From positions 2,144,001 through 2,208,000 of the forward strand of contig CBDDFZ010000001.1 in the NCBI GenBank assembly GCA_965227515.1: a DNA stretch of 64,000 bases, given 5' to 3'. This document shows positions 18,482 through 28,419 of this stretch, in pieces. This DNA is from Alphaproteobacteria bacterium (lineage in GTDB: Bacteria; Pseudomonadota; Alphaproteobacteria; CALKHQ01). A model generated the notes under the pieces. It had not been told where the DNA came from, did no database searches, and saw nothing but the letters and a program-made list of their open reading frames with translations. Positions within the stretch are counted from its first letter, which is position 1, and every line of letters starts with the position of its first letter. Both the position numbers and the translations under genes were made by a program.

Positions 18482-21400
18482 ATGGGCAGCGTAGTGGACG
18501 CGGTAAACCCGGTGAAGCACGGCACCGGCGGCGCCAACACCATCAAGGGCTATCTGCCGTCGAACTGGCTCTACGGCGAGGGCGGCAACGACAAGCTCTA
18601 TGGCTATGGCGGCTACAACTACCTGAACGGCGGCTCGGGTAGCGATTACCTGTACGCCAACGGCGTCACCAACAAGCTGGTCGGCGGGTCCGGCAACGAC
18701 ACCTTGAAGGCGTACGGCGGCACCAACCACCTCTATGGCGGCAGCGGCACCGACAAGCTCTACGGCTATGGCGCCTGGAACCATCTGGACGGCGACAGCG
18801 GCAACGACAAGCTCTACGGCTACGGCGCCTACAACCAGATGTATGGCGACACCGGCAACGACTACCTCTACGCCTCCGGCGCCACCAACCATATGTACGG
18901 CGGCAGCGGCTACGACACCCTGGTCGGCAACGGCGTGTGGAACAAGCTCGACGGCGGCACCTACGACGACAAGCTCTATGGCAAGGGTGCTACCAACTGG
19001 ATGTATGGCCAGTCGGGCCACGACTACATCGAGGCGATCGGCGCCTGGAACCATGCCGAGGGCGGCACCGGCAACGACACGCTGAAGGGCTATGGCGCCT
19101 ACAACGAGCTTGAGGGCAACGACGGTAACGACACCATCGAGGCGCGCGGCGGCGTCAACAACGCCGAAGGCGGCGCCGGCGACGACACCCTGCTCGGCAT
19201 CGGCGGCGTCAATGTGCTGGAAGGCAATGACGGCAACGACGTCATCGAGGCGCGCGGCGGCTCCAACAATGCGTTCGGCGGGAATGGCGACGACACCATA
19301 CTCGGCATCGGTGGCGTCAATGTGCTGAAAGGCGACGCCGGCAACGACACCATCGAGGCGCGCGGCGGTTCCAACAATGTGTTCGGCGGCAGCGGCGACG
19401 ACGTGATGCGCGGCATCGGTGGCGTGAACGTCATGTTCGGCGGCACCGGCAACGACACCATGGACGCCATCGGCGCCGGCAACGCCATGAGCGGCCAGGA
19501 CGGCGAGGACCGCATGCTGGCCGGCGGGCTGGGCAACTCCCAATGGGGCGGCAACGACGACGATTTCCTGGGGGCGGCGGGCAGCGCCAACCTGCAGTGG
19601 GGCGAGGCCGGCAACGACACGCTGATGGCGCTTGGCGTCAACAACGGCCAGTGGGGTGGCAGCGGCAACGACTTCCTGGGCGCCGGCGGCCAGTTGAACG
19701 TGCAGTTCGGCGAGGATGGCGACGACACCATGCTGTCGGTCGGCAGCCAGAACGTCCAGAACGGCGGCGACGGCGACGACAAGCTGTTCGGTGGCGGCGG
19801 GCTGACCATTCAGCTTGGCGCGGGCGACGACGACCTGCTGGTGGCGGCGGGCGCCGTCAACATACAGCACGGCGGCGACGGCGAGGACATCGCCATCGGC
19901 GGCGGTCTCGGCAACATCCAGATCGGCGCGGACGGCGACGACTGGCTGATCGCGGCCGGGCGCGGCAACATCCAGTTCGGCGACCATTTGCAGTCCGGCA
20001 TCCCGCTCGGCAACGATGAATTCGACGGCCTGGTCGACAAGCTGAACGAGCTGACCGATGCCGAGGGCGGTGGCAACAACGTCATGCTCGCCGGTGGCCA
20101 GGCCAACGTCCAGTTCGGCGGCACCGGCCAGGACATCGCCTTCGGCGCCGGTTTCCAGGGCGGCAACGCGCAGTTCGGTGGCGCCGGCCGCGACTTCCTG
20201 ATCGGCGGCGGCAAGGGCAACTTCCAGTATGGCGACGACGGCAATGACGTGCTGGCCGGCGGCGGCATGGCCAATGTCCAGCTCGGCGGGGCCGACGACG
20301 ACATCCTGCTCGGCGTTGCGCGTTCCAAGGGCTTCGGCGCGCAGTACCAGCATGGCGGCGACGGCGCCGATCTGCTGGTCGGCTTCGCGGCGAAGATCGA
20401 CAGCCAGACCCAGGCCGAGAAGGATGCCCAGGCAGCCCAGGATCTGGCCGACGACCTGCAGTCGATCAAGGACCTGATCGACATCTTCGACGGGTCCAGC
20501 GACGACGATGGCGACGATACCTCGCGCTGGGAGAAGATGAAGGAGTTCACCAAGGACCAGCTCGCCGACACCGTCACAGACCTGAAGGATCAGCTCTCCA
20601 ACATCGACCTCAGCGTCAACGTACAGACCGGCGGCGCCGACAACGACGTGTTCCTGAGCGGCGGCAACCTGAGCATTCAGGCTGGCGGCGAGGGCGAGGA
20701 CATCTTCCTCGGCGGCGGCAACTTCAACCTGTTCTTCGGCGGCGCCAACGACGACCTGATGCTGACCGGCGACACCTCGCTGAACGTCTATCAGGGTGGC
20801 GAGGGCAACGACTGGGTGCTGGACCGCGGCGCGTTCGCGACCCTGGTGGCGCAGTCGATCACGCCGGACAGCGTGCTGCAGACCATCTCCGACACCGTGG
20901 AGACGGTGACGGCCCCCTTGGAGGCGATTGCCGACAAGGTGGCGGCGGTGAACGCGATCATCGACAACCTCGATCCGACCCAGTTGATCGAGAACCTGCT
21001 GCCGGAGATCGACCTCGACCTGCCGAATCTGTTCGACTTCTCGACCAACCAGATGATGGGCGGGGCTGGCAACGACGTGCTGGCGGCCGGCGCTTCCGGC
21101 GGTGACATGGTCGGTGGCATCGGCGACGACACCTACCTCTACACCTTCGGCTTCAAGGGCGACCACGTGGTCGACGAGGCCGGGCTGGACGCCGCGCGCA
21201 ACTGGGCCGAGGCGCTGGATATCGAGGACGATATCCTGGACGACGTCACCACCGGCGGTGGCGGCATCGACACGGTCGAGCTGCGCGGGTTCGGCACGCT
21301 GCTGCCGATCCAGGCCGACAACGTGTCGTTCGCACTCGCCAACGATGGCGCCGACCTCAGCATCGGCTTCCAGGCAGCTGGCGTCGACATGGACTTCGGC

Positions 21401-21739
21401 GAGGTGACCATCCGCAAGATGGGCGAGGCCGACACCCAGGTCGAGCAGCTGCGCCTGGTCAACGCCGACGGCTACACCGACTACGATCTGGTCGGCATCT
21501 GGAACGCGCTACAGGCCGGCGAGACGGTGGACCTGGCGGCGTTCGAGATCGGCTCCGGCGACGTCAGCGCCACCCAGCAGGCGTTCGACGACAATCTGTC
21601 GGACTGGGTCGGCGATCTGGGAGACGTGCTGTCGAACGTGCCGTTCGCCGAAGAGATCGCCGATGCGGCCGGCAGCGTGGTCAACGGCATCACCGACATC
21701 CTGGCCCCGGAGACGCCTGATATGGTGAGCTTCGCATAG
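18482..21739 (+). CDS. RTX-like Ca-binding secreted protein with MARTX C-type 18-aa repeats
   Basis: 26 contiguous GxxGxDxxxxxGxxNxxx units, further repeat blocks separated by helical inserts, RTX-type C-terminal domain, no signal peptide, no Cys. Confidence 0.9.
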   Translation: MGSVVDAVNPVKHGTGGANTIKGYLPSNWLYGEGGNDKLYGYGGYNYLNGGSGSDYLYANGVTNKLVGGSGNDTLKAYGGTNHLYGGSGTDKLYGYGAWNHLDGDSGNDKLYGYGAYNQMYGDTGNDYLYASGATNHMYGGSGYDTLVGNGVWNKLDGGTYDDKLYGKGATNWMYGQSGHDYIEAIGAWNHAEGGTGNDTLKGYGAYNELEGNDGNDTIEARGGVNNAEGGAGDDTLLGIGGVNVLEGNDGNDVIEARGGSNNAFGGNGDDTILGIGGVNVLKGDAGNDTIEARGGSNNVFGGSGDDVMRGIGGVNVMFGGTGNDTMDAIGAGNAMSGQDGEDRMLAGGLGNSQWGGNDDDFLGAAGSANLQWGEAGNDTLMALGVNNGQWGGSGNDFLGAGGQLNVQFGEDGDDTMLSVGSQNVQNGGDGDDKLFGGGGLTIQLGAGDDDLLVAAGAVNIQHGGDGEDIAIGGGLGNIQIGADGDDWLIAAGRGNIQFGDHLQSGIPLGNDEFDGLVDKLNELTDAEGGGNNVMLAGGQANVQFGGTGQDIAFGAGFQGGNAQFGGAGRDFLIGGGKGNFQYGDDGNDVLAGGGMANVQLGGADDDILLGVARSKGFGAQYQHGGDGADLLVGFAAKIDSQTQAEKDAQAAQDLADDLQSIKDLIDIFDGSSDDDGDDTSRWEKMKEFTKDQLADTVTDLKDQLSNIDLSVNVQTGGADNDVFLSGGNLSIQAGGEGEDIFLGGGNFNLFFGGANDDLMLTGDTSLNVYQGGEGNDWVLDRGAFATLVAQSITPDSVLQTISDTVETVTAPLEAIADKVAAVNAIIDNLDPTQLIENLLPEIDLDLPNLFDFSTNQMMGGAGNDVLAAGASGGDMVGGIGDDTYLYTFGFKGDHVVDEAGLDAARNWAEALDIEDDILDDVTTGGGGIDTVELRGFGTLLPIQADNVSFALANDGADLSIGFQAAGVDMDFGEVTIRKMGEADTQVEQLRLVNADGYTDYDLVGIWNALQAGETVDLAAFEIGSGDVSATQQAFDDNLSDWVGDLGDVLSNVPFAEEIADAAGSVVNGITDILAPETPDMVSFA

Positions 21740-21764
21740 TCACACAAAGCAACACGGGAAGGGC

Positions 21765-21800
21765 AGGGGTGGCGTGCTTCGGCGCGCCACCCTCTTATGT
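21765..21800 (+). terminator. Probable intrinsic terminator of the RTX gene
   Basis: GGGTGGCGTGC-TTCG-GCGCGCCACCC hairpin followed by TCTTATGT. Confidence 0.6.
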
Positions 21801-21805
21801 TAGCC

Positions 21806-21982
21806 TGTCGTCCTTGCCCTTGTGGCGAGGACCCATTTTGGTCCAGTGCGTAGTGGTCCAAGTGAGACTTCTGACCATCGTGGCTGTCGCACCATTAGCA
21901 ACATGGCATTGGCAACGAGTAGGTGTTGGGTGGAGTTCGCTCTGCACACGAATGGGCCCTCGCCACAGGGGCGAGGGCGACA
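21806..21982. repeat. CGTC-type REPIN, family D, copy 1
   Basis: GTCGTCCTTGCCCTTGTGGCGAGGACCCAT ... ATGGGCCCTCGCCACAGGGGCGAGGGCGAC inverted ends around a ~110-bp spacer. Confidence 0.85.
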
Positions 21983-22049
21983 AGTATTTTTTGTTGGTTG
22001 GGGCCGGTGTCGACCTAGCGATTGACCCCGCGACGCCCCGTCACTCAGC

Positions 22050-22709
22050 ATGACGGCAACTCGATTCGCTAGCGACGTTGCTGTCCCCATGCCCGACCTG
22101 ACCCACGAATACGCCAATGGCGCGCCGGACCTGCGGGTTTGCGGGGTCGACGAGGCGGGGCGCGGCCCGCTGGCAGGCCCGGTGGTGGCCGCCGCGGTGG
22201 CCCTGCATGTCCATGCGGTGCCGGCGGATATCGCTGCCGTGGTGGACGATTCCAAGAAGCTCACCAAGCCGAAGCGCGAACGGCTGTTCGCGGTGCTGTG
22301 CGACCCCGCGACCACCTGGGCCGACGTGGCGGTGTGGTCGGTGGCGCCGGCCGAGATCGATCGCATCAACATTCTGCAGGCGACCATGCTGGCGATGCAA
22401 AGCGCGGTGGAACGGCTCTCGACGCCGCCAGACGTGGCGCTGATCGACGGCAACCGCGCGCCGAAGGTGACGTGCCGGGCGGTACCGTTGGTTGGCGGTG
22501 ACGGCCTCAGCCTCTCGATCGCCTGCGCCTCCATCGTCGCCAAGGTCACCCGCGACCGGACCATGGCCGCACTCGCCGCCGACCATCCGCCCTATGGCTG
22601 GGAGCGCAATGCCGGCTACGGCACGGCGGAGCATCTGGCCGCACTGGCGCGGCATGGCGCCACTGAACACCACCGGCGCAGTTTCAGGCCGGTAGCCTCG
22701 GTTTGTTGA
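22050..22709 (+). CDS. rnhB: Ribonuclease HII
   Basis: GVDEAGRGPLAGPV, DSKKL, IDGN, SIVAKVTRD, HHRRSF. Confidence 0.96.
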   Translation: MTATRFASDVAVPMPDLTHEYANGAPDLRVCGVDEAGRGPLAGPVVAAAVALHVHAVPADIAAVVDDSKKLTKPKRERLFAVLCDPATTWADVAVWSVAPAEIDRINILQATMLAMQSAVERLSTPPDVALIDGNRAPKVTCRAVPLVGGDGLSLSIACASIVAKVTRDRTMAALAADHPPYGWERNAGYGTAEHLAALARHGATEHHRRSFRPVASVC

Positions 22710-22774
22710 CTTTTGAGTCACAGACCAGCGACGACTGCCTTGATTCAACTGTCAATTTTGTTGACGCCCGAGTC
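22707..22774 (+). promoter_or_regulatory. GANTC cluster in the ccrM upstream region
   Basis: GAGTC 22715, GATTC 22742, GAGTC 22770; short inverted repeats TGACT/AGTCA and GTCAA/TTGAC. Confidence 0.6.
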
Positions 22775-22781
22775 GCGCTGA

Positions 22782-23912
<1,131 letters not shown>

Positions 23913-23929
23913 GTTTCTTCAACAAACCT

Positions 23930-24020
23930 CGTCATGCGCGGACTTGATCCGCGCATCCACGTCTTGTTGGCCGCTCAAGCGGCCATTTTCGTGGATGGTC
24001 GGGTCAAGCCCGACCATGAC
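23930..24020. repeat. CGTC-type REPIN, family A, copy 2
   Basis: CGTCATGCGCGGACTTGATCCGCGCATCCACG...CGTGGATGGTCGGGTCAAGCCCGACCATGAC. Confidence 0.88.
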
Positions 24021-24080
24021 AAGCTGTTGTGGATGGGCTTTTTGAGTGGTCCCAACGGGCCGTCCGGGTGAGCATAGTAG

Positions 24081-24114
24081 AACCCGGGTTCCACGTCGTT
24101 CCACCCAGGCTACG
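24081..24114. repeat. Single GTAG-type REP (family B, reverse orientation)
   Basis: CCCGGGT..CCACCCAGGCTAC; its right end is the reverse complement of GTAGCCTGGGTGG at 10301. Confidence 0.7.
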
Positions 24115-24157
24115 GCCTATCGGTTTAGGTCGTAGCGGTTGTCCGGCGCCGCATAAG

Positions 24158-24297
24158 CCCTCACCCTCCCATCCGGCTTCGCCGGCCGGGCCCCTCCCTC
24201 TCCCAGAGGGAGAGGGGCATGCGGCTCGCACCAAACGCCCTCTCCCCTGGCGGGAGAGGGAGGGCCCCAGACCGATAGGTCTGGGAGGGTGAGGGGG
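24158..24297. repeat. Inverted pair of CCCTCACCC/CCCTCTCCC palindromic repeats (family E)
   Basis: 24158..24217 and 24238..24297 are inverted copies, each with a CCCTCTCCC..GGGAGAGGG hairpin. Confidence 0.82.
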
Positions 24298-24319
24298 AAG
24301 TTCGGTAGATTGGGGCCGT

Positions 24320-24838
24320 TCAGAGCTTCGTCGGGTTCGGCGCGTCGCCGTAGACCTCTTTCGGGTCGAAGGTCTTCTCGTGCTCTTCGAACTGCAGCGT
24401 CACAGCGCCTTCGCCCGAAGCCTCGCCGGTCGGGACCGAGCGGTAGAAGCACGAGCGGTAGCCGACATGGCAGCTCGCATCGCCGGCGACCGAGACCCGC
24501 AGCCAGACGGCATCCTGGTCGTCGTCGATGCGCATTTCCTCGACCTTCTGCGTAAGGCCGCTGGTCGCGCCCTTGTGCCACAGGCACTGGCGGCTGCGGC
24601 TCCAATAGTGGGCCTCGCCGGTCTCGATGGTGCGCCTCAGCGCTTCCTCGTTCATGTAGCCGAGCATCAGCAGCTCGCCGGTGCCGGCGGCAGTGGTCGC
24701 CACCGGGATCAGGCCGTCGGCGTCGAACTTCGGCGCCAGGTCGGTGCCTTCCTCGACCTGCTCGACCGTGCGCCGCTCGGCGAAGGCCGTGCCGGTGCCC
24801 GTGCCGGTGCCAGCGCCGTCTGCCGCGCTACCCGACAT
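24320..24838 (-). CDS. hisI: Phosphoribosyl-AMP cyclohydrolase
   Basis: [41 protein letters not shown]. Confidence 0.94.
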   Translation of the reverse strand: MSGSAADGAGTGTGTGTAFAERRTVEQVEEGTDLAPKFDADGLIPVATTAAGTGELLMLGYMNEEALRRTIETGEAHYWSRSRQCLWHKGATSGLTQKVEEMRIDDDQDAVWLRVSVAGDASCHVGYRSCFYRSVPTGEASGEGAVTLQFEEHEKTFDPKEVYGDAPNPTKL

Positions 24839-25472
24839 TGGCGCGTGCCATCAGCATGAAGCGTTGCTCCAGGCGCGCCTCGTCGCGGAAGCGGCCGGTG
24901 AACTGGGTGGTGATGGTGGCGACGTTGGCCTTGCGGATGCCGCGCGTGGTCATGCACTGGTGCTTGGCCTCGATCAGCACCGCGACGCCGGCCGGCGCCA
25001 GCTCGCGCTCGATCACCTCGGCGATCTGCGCGGTCATGGTCTCCTGGGTCTGCAGGCGCTTGGCGAAGATCTCCACCACCCGCGCCAGCTTGGAGATGCC
25101 GACAACGCGCTTGGTCGGAATGTAGGCCACGTGCGCCACGCCGATGATCGGCACGATGTGGTGCTCGCAATGGGACTCGAAGTCGATGTCGCGCAGCATG
25201 ACGAGGTCGTCATAGCCGTCGACCTCCTCGAACGTGCGGCGCAGCACCTCGGCCGGGTCCTCGTCGTAGCCGACGAAGAATTCCTCATAGGCGCGCACCA
25301 CGCGCTCAGGCGTGTCGAGCAGCCCTTCGCGGTCCGGATCGTCGCCGGCCCACTGGATCAGCGTACGCACCGCGGCCTCGGCGGCCTCGCGGCTTGGCCG
25401 TGGGCCCTTGTCGGCCGTCTGCTTGGCCATGTTGTCGGAGACCTCGTTCAACTCATTCACCAGTGCGTCCAT
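24828..25472 (-). CDS. folE: GTP cyclohydrolase I
   Basis: [38 protein letters not shown]; start moved to ATG 25472. Confidence 0.96.
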   Translation of the reverse strand: MDALVNELNEVSDNMAKQTADKGPRPSREAAEAAVRTLIQWAGDDPDREGLLDTPERVVRAYEEFFVGYDEDPAEVLRRTFEEVDGYDDLVMLRDIDFESHCEHHIVPIIGVAHVAYIPTKRVVGISKLARVVEIFAKRLQTQETMTAQIAEVIERELAPAGVAVLIEAKHQCMTTRGIRKANVATITTQFTGRFRDEARLEQRFMLMARANVG

Positions 25473-25667
25473 GAACCCGCGATCCTTATAGCAATCGCCG
25501 GCGGAGAGGATCGCCCAAAACCGGGCCGGATCCCGCGCCACGCCGGATGATTGCCTTTCATATAGGCGCCCGGCCGCGGTTGCCTAGTCTCGGATGGGGG
25601 AGGTGCGACCTCGCGGCGGGTCAGAAGCTAGTGAGCGGCGGCCGTGCCGCCGGCGGTCAAGCAGCCG

Positions 25668-26150
25668 TCAATGAAGGTGCTGCGGCAGCTTCTCGATGGC
25701 GTCGTCGACCAGCTTGTCGCCCGGCGCGCCCTTGAGCTGGGTCGACAGGACGCTGCGGCCGATGGACACCGCAAGGTCGGCGGCGTGGCGGCGCACATCG
25801 GCTTCCGCGTTGGCTTCCGCCTGCGCAATCCTGTCCATCGCCTGCTGCTCCCGGCGCTGCAGCGATTCTTCCAGACGCTTCTTGGCGTCGTTGGCCAGCA
25901 GTTCGGCCTCCTCGCGCGCCTGGGCGATGATCGCCTCGGCCTCGGTGGCCGCGTCCTGGTGCTTGCGCTGGTATTCGGCCAGCGTGCGCTGGGCCTCCTC
26001 GCGCAGGCGGGTGGCTTCGTCCAGCTCGGCCTTGATGGCCGCGGTCTTGTCGTCGATGGTCTTCAGGATGCCGCGCCCGCCCTTCCAGACGATGATCGCG
26101 ACCGTGACGACGAAGGCCAGCGCAACCCAGAATTTTTCGTCTTCGAACAT
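25668..26150 (-). CDS. atpF: ATP synthase F0 subunit b
   Basis: N-terminal FWVALAF TM helix plus a long charged coiled coil; last gene of the Fo cluster. Confidence 0.92.
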   Translation of the reverse strand: MFEDEKFWVALAFVVTVAIIVWKGGRGILKTIDDKTAAIKAELDEATRLREEAQRTLAEYQRKHQDAATEAEAIIAQAREEAELLANDAKKRLEESLQRREQQAMDRIAQAEANAEADVRRHAADLAVSIGRSVLSTQLKGAPGDKLVDDAIEKLPQHLH

Positions 26151-26176
26151 GGTTTCCCGCCTCTGGGTTCAGGGCC

Positions 26177-26665
26177 TCAGGCCGGCGCCTGCGCGGACTT
26201 CGCCGCGTCGTCGATCTGCTTCTTGGTCGGCTTCTTGCCGCTGATCTCCTCGACCAGGCTTGCCGCCACTTCGGCCACGGCCTCCTCGACACCGGCAACC
26301 GCCTCGTCGCGCGCCTTGGCGATGCGCTTCTCCGCGTCGCCGATCGACTTGGCCAACTTCTCCGCCTGCTTGCGTTCCTGCTCCGCCGCGTCCGCCGCCG
26401 ACGCCTCGTGGGCCTGGCGTACCGTATCGCGGGCCCGGTCGCGGGCCTCGGTCATGGTGCGCTCATAGTCGGCAAGGATGCCCTCGGCTTCCTGTTGCAG
26501 GGTTTCCGCCCGCTCCAGGTCGCGCGAGATCGCCTGCTGCCGCTTCTCCAGGGTCTCCGCCATCATCGGCAGAACCTTGCGCTTCAGCAGGAAATAGAGC
26601 ACCGCGAACGCGATGATCAGCCAGAGGATCTGGCTCGCGAAGGTGCTGGTATCCAGTTGCGGCAC
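26177..26665 (-). CDS. atpG: ATP synthase F0 subunit b'
   Basis: MPQLD..TFASQILWL signature. Confidence 0.92.
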   Translation of the reverse strand: MPQLDTSTFASQILWLIIAFAVLYFLLKRKVLPMMAETLEKRQQAISRDLERAETLQQEAEGILADYERTMTEARDRARDTVRQAHEASAADAAEQERKQAEKLAKSIGDAEKRIAKARDEAVAGVEEAVAEVAASLVEEISGKKPTKKQIDDAAKSAQAPA

Positions 26666-26803
26666 GGTGTGCGCCCTTCCTTCAACGACGGGTGCGGCGG
26701 ATCAGGCTGCCGACACCCGCATTCGACTTTCGGGGCCGACCCAAGGCCGGCCGGAACGCGGTCGAACCCGGCGGCACGCCAAACGGGCGCACCGGCGCGG
26801 GGA

Positions 26804-27037
26804 TCAGCCGAACAGGATGATGAAGCTGATGATCAGCGCGAACAGCGCGATCGCCTCGGTGGTCGCAAAGCCGATCCACACGGTGGCGCCGATATCGTCC
26901 TTCGAGGCCGGGTTGCGCGCGATGGCCGACATGTAGGAGGCCCACACGCTGCCGACACCGACGCCGGCGCCGATCATGCCGATGGCCGCCAGGCCGCCGC
27001 CGACCAGCCGCAATGCGTCTACGATATTGCCTTCCAT
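26804..27037 (-). CDS. atpE: ATP synthase F0 subunit c
   Basis: GxGxGxG, ARNP loop, conserved Glu in FATTEAI. Confidence 0.96.
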   Translation of the reverse strand: MEGNIVDALRLVGGGLAAIGMIGAGVGVGSVWASYMSAIARNPASKDDIGATVWIGFATTEAIALFALIISFIILFG

Positions 27038-27122
27038 GCCTTCAAATCCTTCTCGTTGGCGTGGTTCAAAACAGTGGTTGAAGACCGGCCGCGGCGAACC
27101 CCGCGGCCCGGTGCATTCGAGC

Positions 27123-28022
27123 TCAGTGCATGTGATACGCGTCGTGCAGGTAGATGCACGTCAGGATGGTGAACACATAGGCCTGGATCACCGCGACCAG
27201 GATTTCCAGGATGGTGATCGCCACCAGCAGCCCAAACGGGATGATGCCGGGAACGATGAAGGTCGCGGCACCGATACTGATCACGAAACCGGCGATGATC
27301 TTCAGCAGCACGTGGCCGACGGTCATGTTGGCGAACAGCCGGACCGACAGGCTGATGGGCCGCGACAAATAGGAGATCAGCTCGATGGGGATCAGCACCA
27401 CGGCACTCGCCACCGGCGCGCCGTGCGGGAAGAACATGCGCCCGAAACCGGCGCCATGCCGCACGATACCGATCGCCGTGACCGAGATGAAGATGATCGC
27501 GGCCATCGTGAAGGTCACGATGATGTGGCTGGTGAAGGTGAAACTGTAGGGCAGCAGGCCCAGCAAATTGCCGATCAGCACGAACATGAACAGCGTGAAG
27601 ATGAAGGGGAAGTACTGGCGCCCTTCGTTGCCCACGTTGTCGCGCACCATGTTGGCGATCAGGTTGTAGGTCATCTCCGCGACCATCTGCATGCGGGTCG
27701 GCACCAGCCGTTGACCGCGGGCCGCGAGATAGAGGAAGCCGAAGCTGACGATGACGGTGATCGCCATCAGCAGGGCGGAATTGGTGAAGCTGAGGTTCAG
27801 GCCCTCGACCTTGATCGAGACCAGGTCGTTGATCTCGAACTGCGCCATCGGGCTGTGGTCGTCGACATGGGCTTCGGCGCCATGCACCGCGTCTGCGCCC
27901 GCGACCGCGTCATGGCCGGCGGCATCGCCTTCCGGCGCGGTCTCGCCGCCATGTGCCTCCTCGCCGCCCTCGGGGCCGCCCTCGGGCACTTCGCCTTCGT
28001 GTTCGTCGGTTTGCTCTTCCAT
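27123..28022 (-). CDS. atpB: ATP synthase F0 subunit a with acidic/His-rich N-terminal extension
   Basis: FTNS, NLLGLLP, SRPISLSVRLFANM, IQAYVF. Confidence 0.96.
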   Translation of the reverse strand: MEEQTDEHEGEVPEGGPEGGEEAHGGETAPEGDAAGHDAVAGADAVHGAEAHVDDHSPMAQFEINDLVSIKVEGLNLSFTNSALLMAITVIVSFGFLYLAARGQRLVPTRMQMVAEMTYNLIANMVRDNVGNEGRQYFPFIFTLFMFVLIGNLLGLLPYSFTFTSHIIVTFTMAAIIFISVTAIGIVRHGAGFGRMFFPHGAPVASAVVLIPIELISYLSRPISLSVRLFANMTVGHVLLKIIAGFVISIGAATFIVPGIIPFGLLVAITILEILVAVIQAYVFTILTCIYLHDAYHMH

Positions 28023-28041
28023 GCCCGATCTTCAGCCCGTG

Positions 28042-28419
28042 TCAGGTGTCAGCAGAGTTGTTCTTGGCAGATTTTCCGTGGGTAGGGGCGGCCGCCGCCT
28101 CGCGCGCGGCAAGGCGCTGCGCGTCAACGGACTTGGCGATGCGATAGACGTTCATGAACGCAGCCCCGGCCCCTAACAGGAAAAAGACAATCAGCATCAA
28201 GGGCGACGTTTCCAGCCAGATGTCCAGGCCGATGCCGATGCCGACACCAACGCCCAGCGCCGCAACCATCTCCACCGCGACCCGGAACCCCACACCCATG
28301 CCGGTGTGCTGGCCCCGTGGCGTGTTGGCTTTGGCTTCGGCCTCCCGGCTCCGCGACTTCGCTTGCTGGATTCGCTGGTCGAGCGAGGCGAGCGTCGTAT
28401 CGTGGCGCTGTTCGGTCAC
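28042..28419 (-). CDS. atpI: ATP synthase protein I (AtpZ/AtpI family)
   Basis: GFRVAVEMVA..VG..IG..LD.WL.TSP pattern; first gene of the Fo cluster; GTG start inferred. Confidence 0.88.
   Translation of the reverse strand: MTEQRHDTTLASLDQRIQQAKSRSREAEAKANTPRGQHTGMGVGFRVAVEMVAALGVGVGIGIGLDIWLETSPLMLIVFFLLGAGAAFMNVYRIAKSVDAQRLAAREAAAAPTHGKSAKNNSADT

Noticed and set aside
18575-19985. 54-bp periodicity as a CRISPR array or non-coding repeat array
   Set aside because: Units are degenerate, in frame and explained by the 18-aa protein repeat; there are no constant repeats with unique spacers and no cas genes.
18383-21166. 927-aa minus-strand ORF and other long antisense ORFs (e.g. 1903..3909, 4547..6619, 35627..37870, 56043..58403)
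   Set aside because: Shadow ORFs opposite well-supported genes, expected in high-GC DNA; no recognisable motifs.
22740-22766. CtrA box in the ccrM promoter (and TTAA at about 62612 near amiC)
   Set aside because: No TTAA-N7-TTAA match; only degenerate half-sites.
24787-24820. GTGCCG hexamer run at the hisI 5' end
   Set aside because: Short, imperfect, in-frame Gly-Thr linker; no sign of phase variation.
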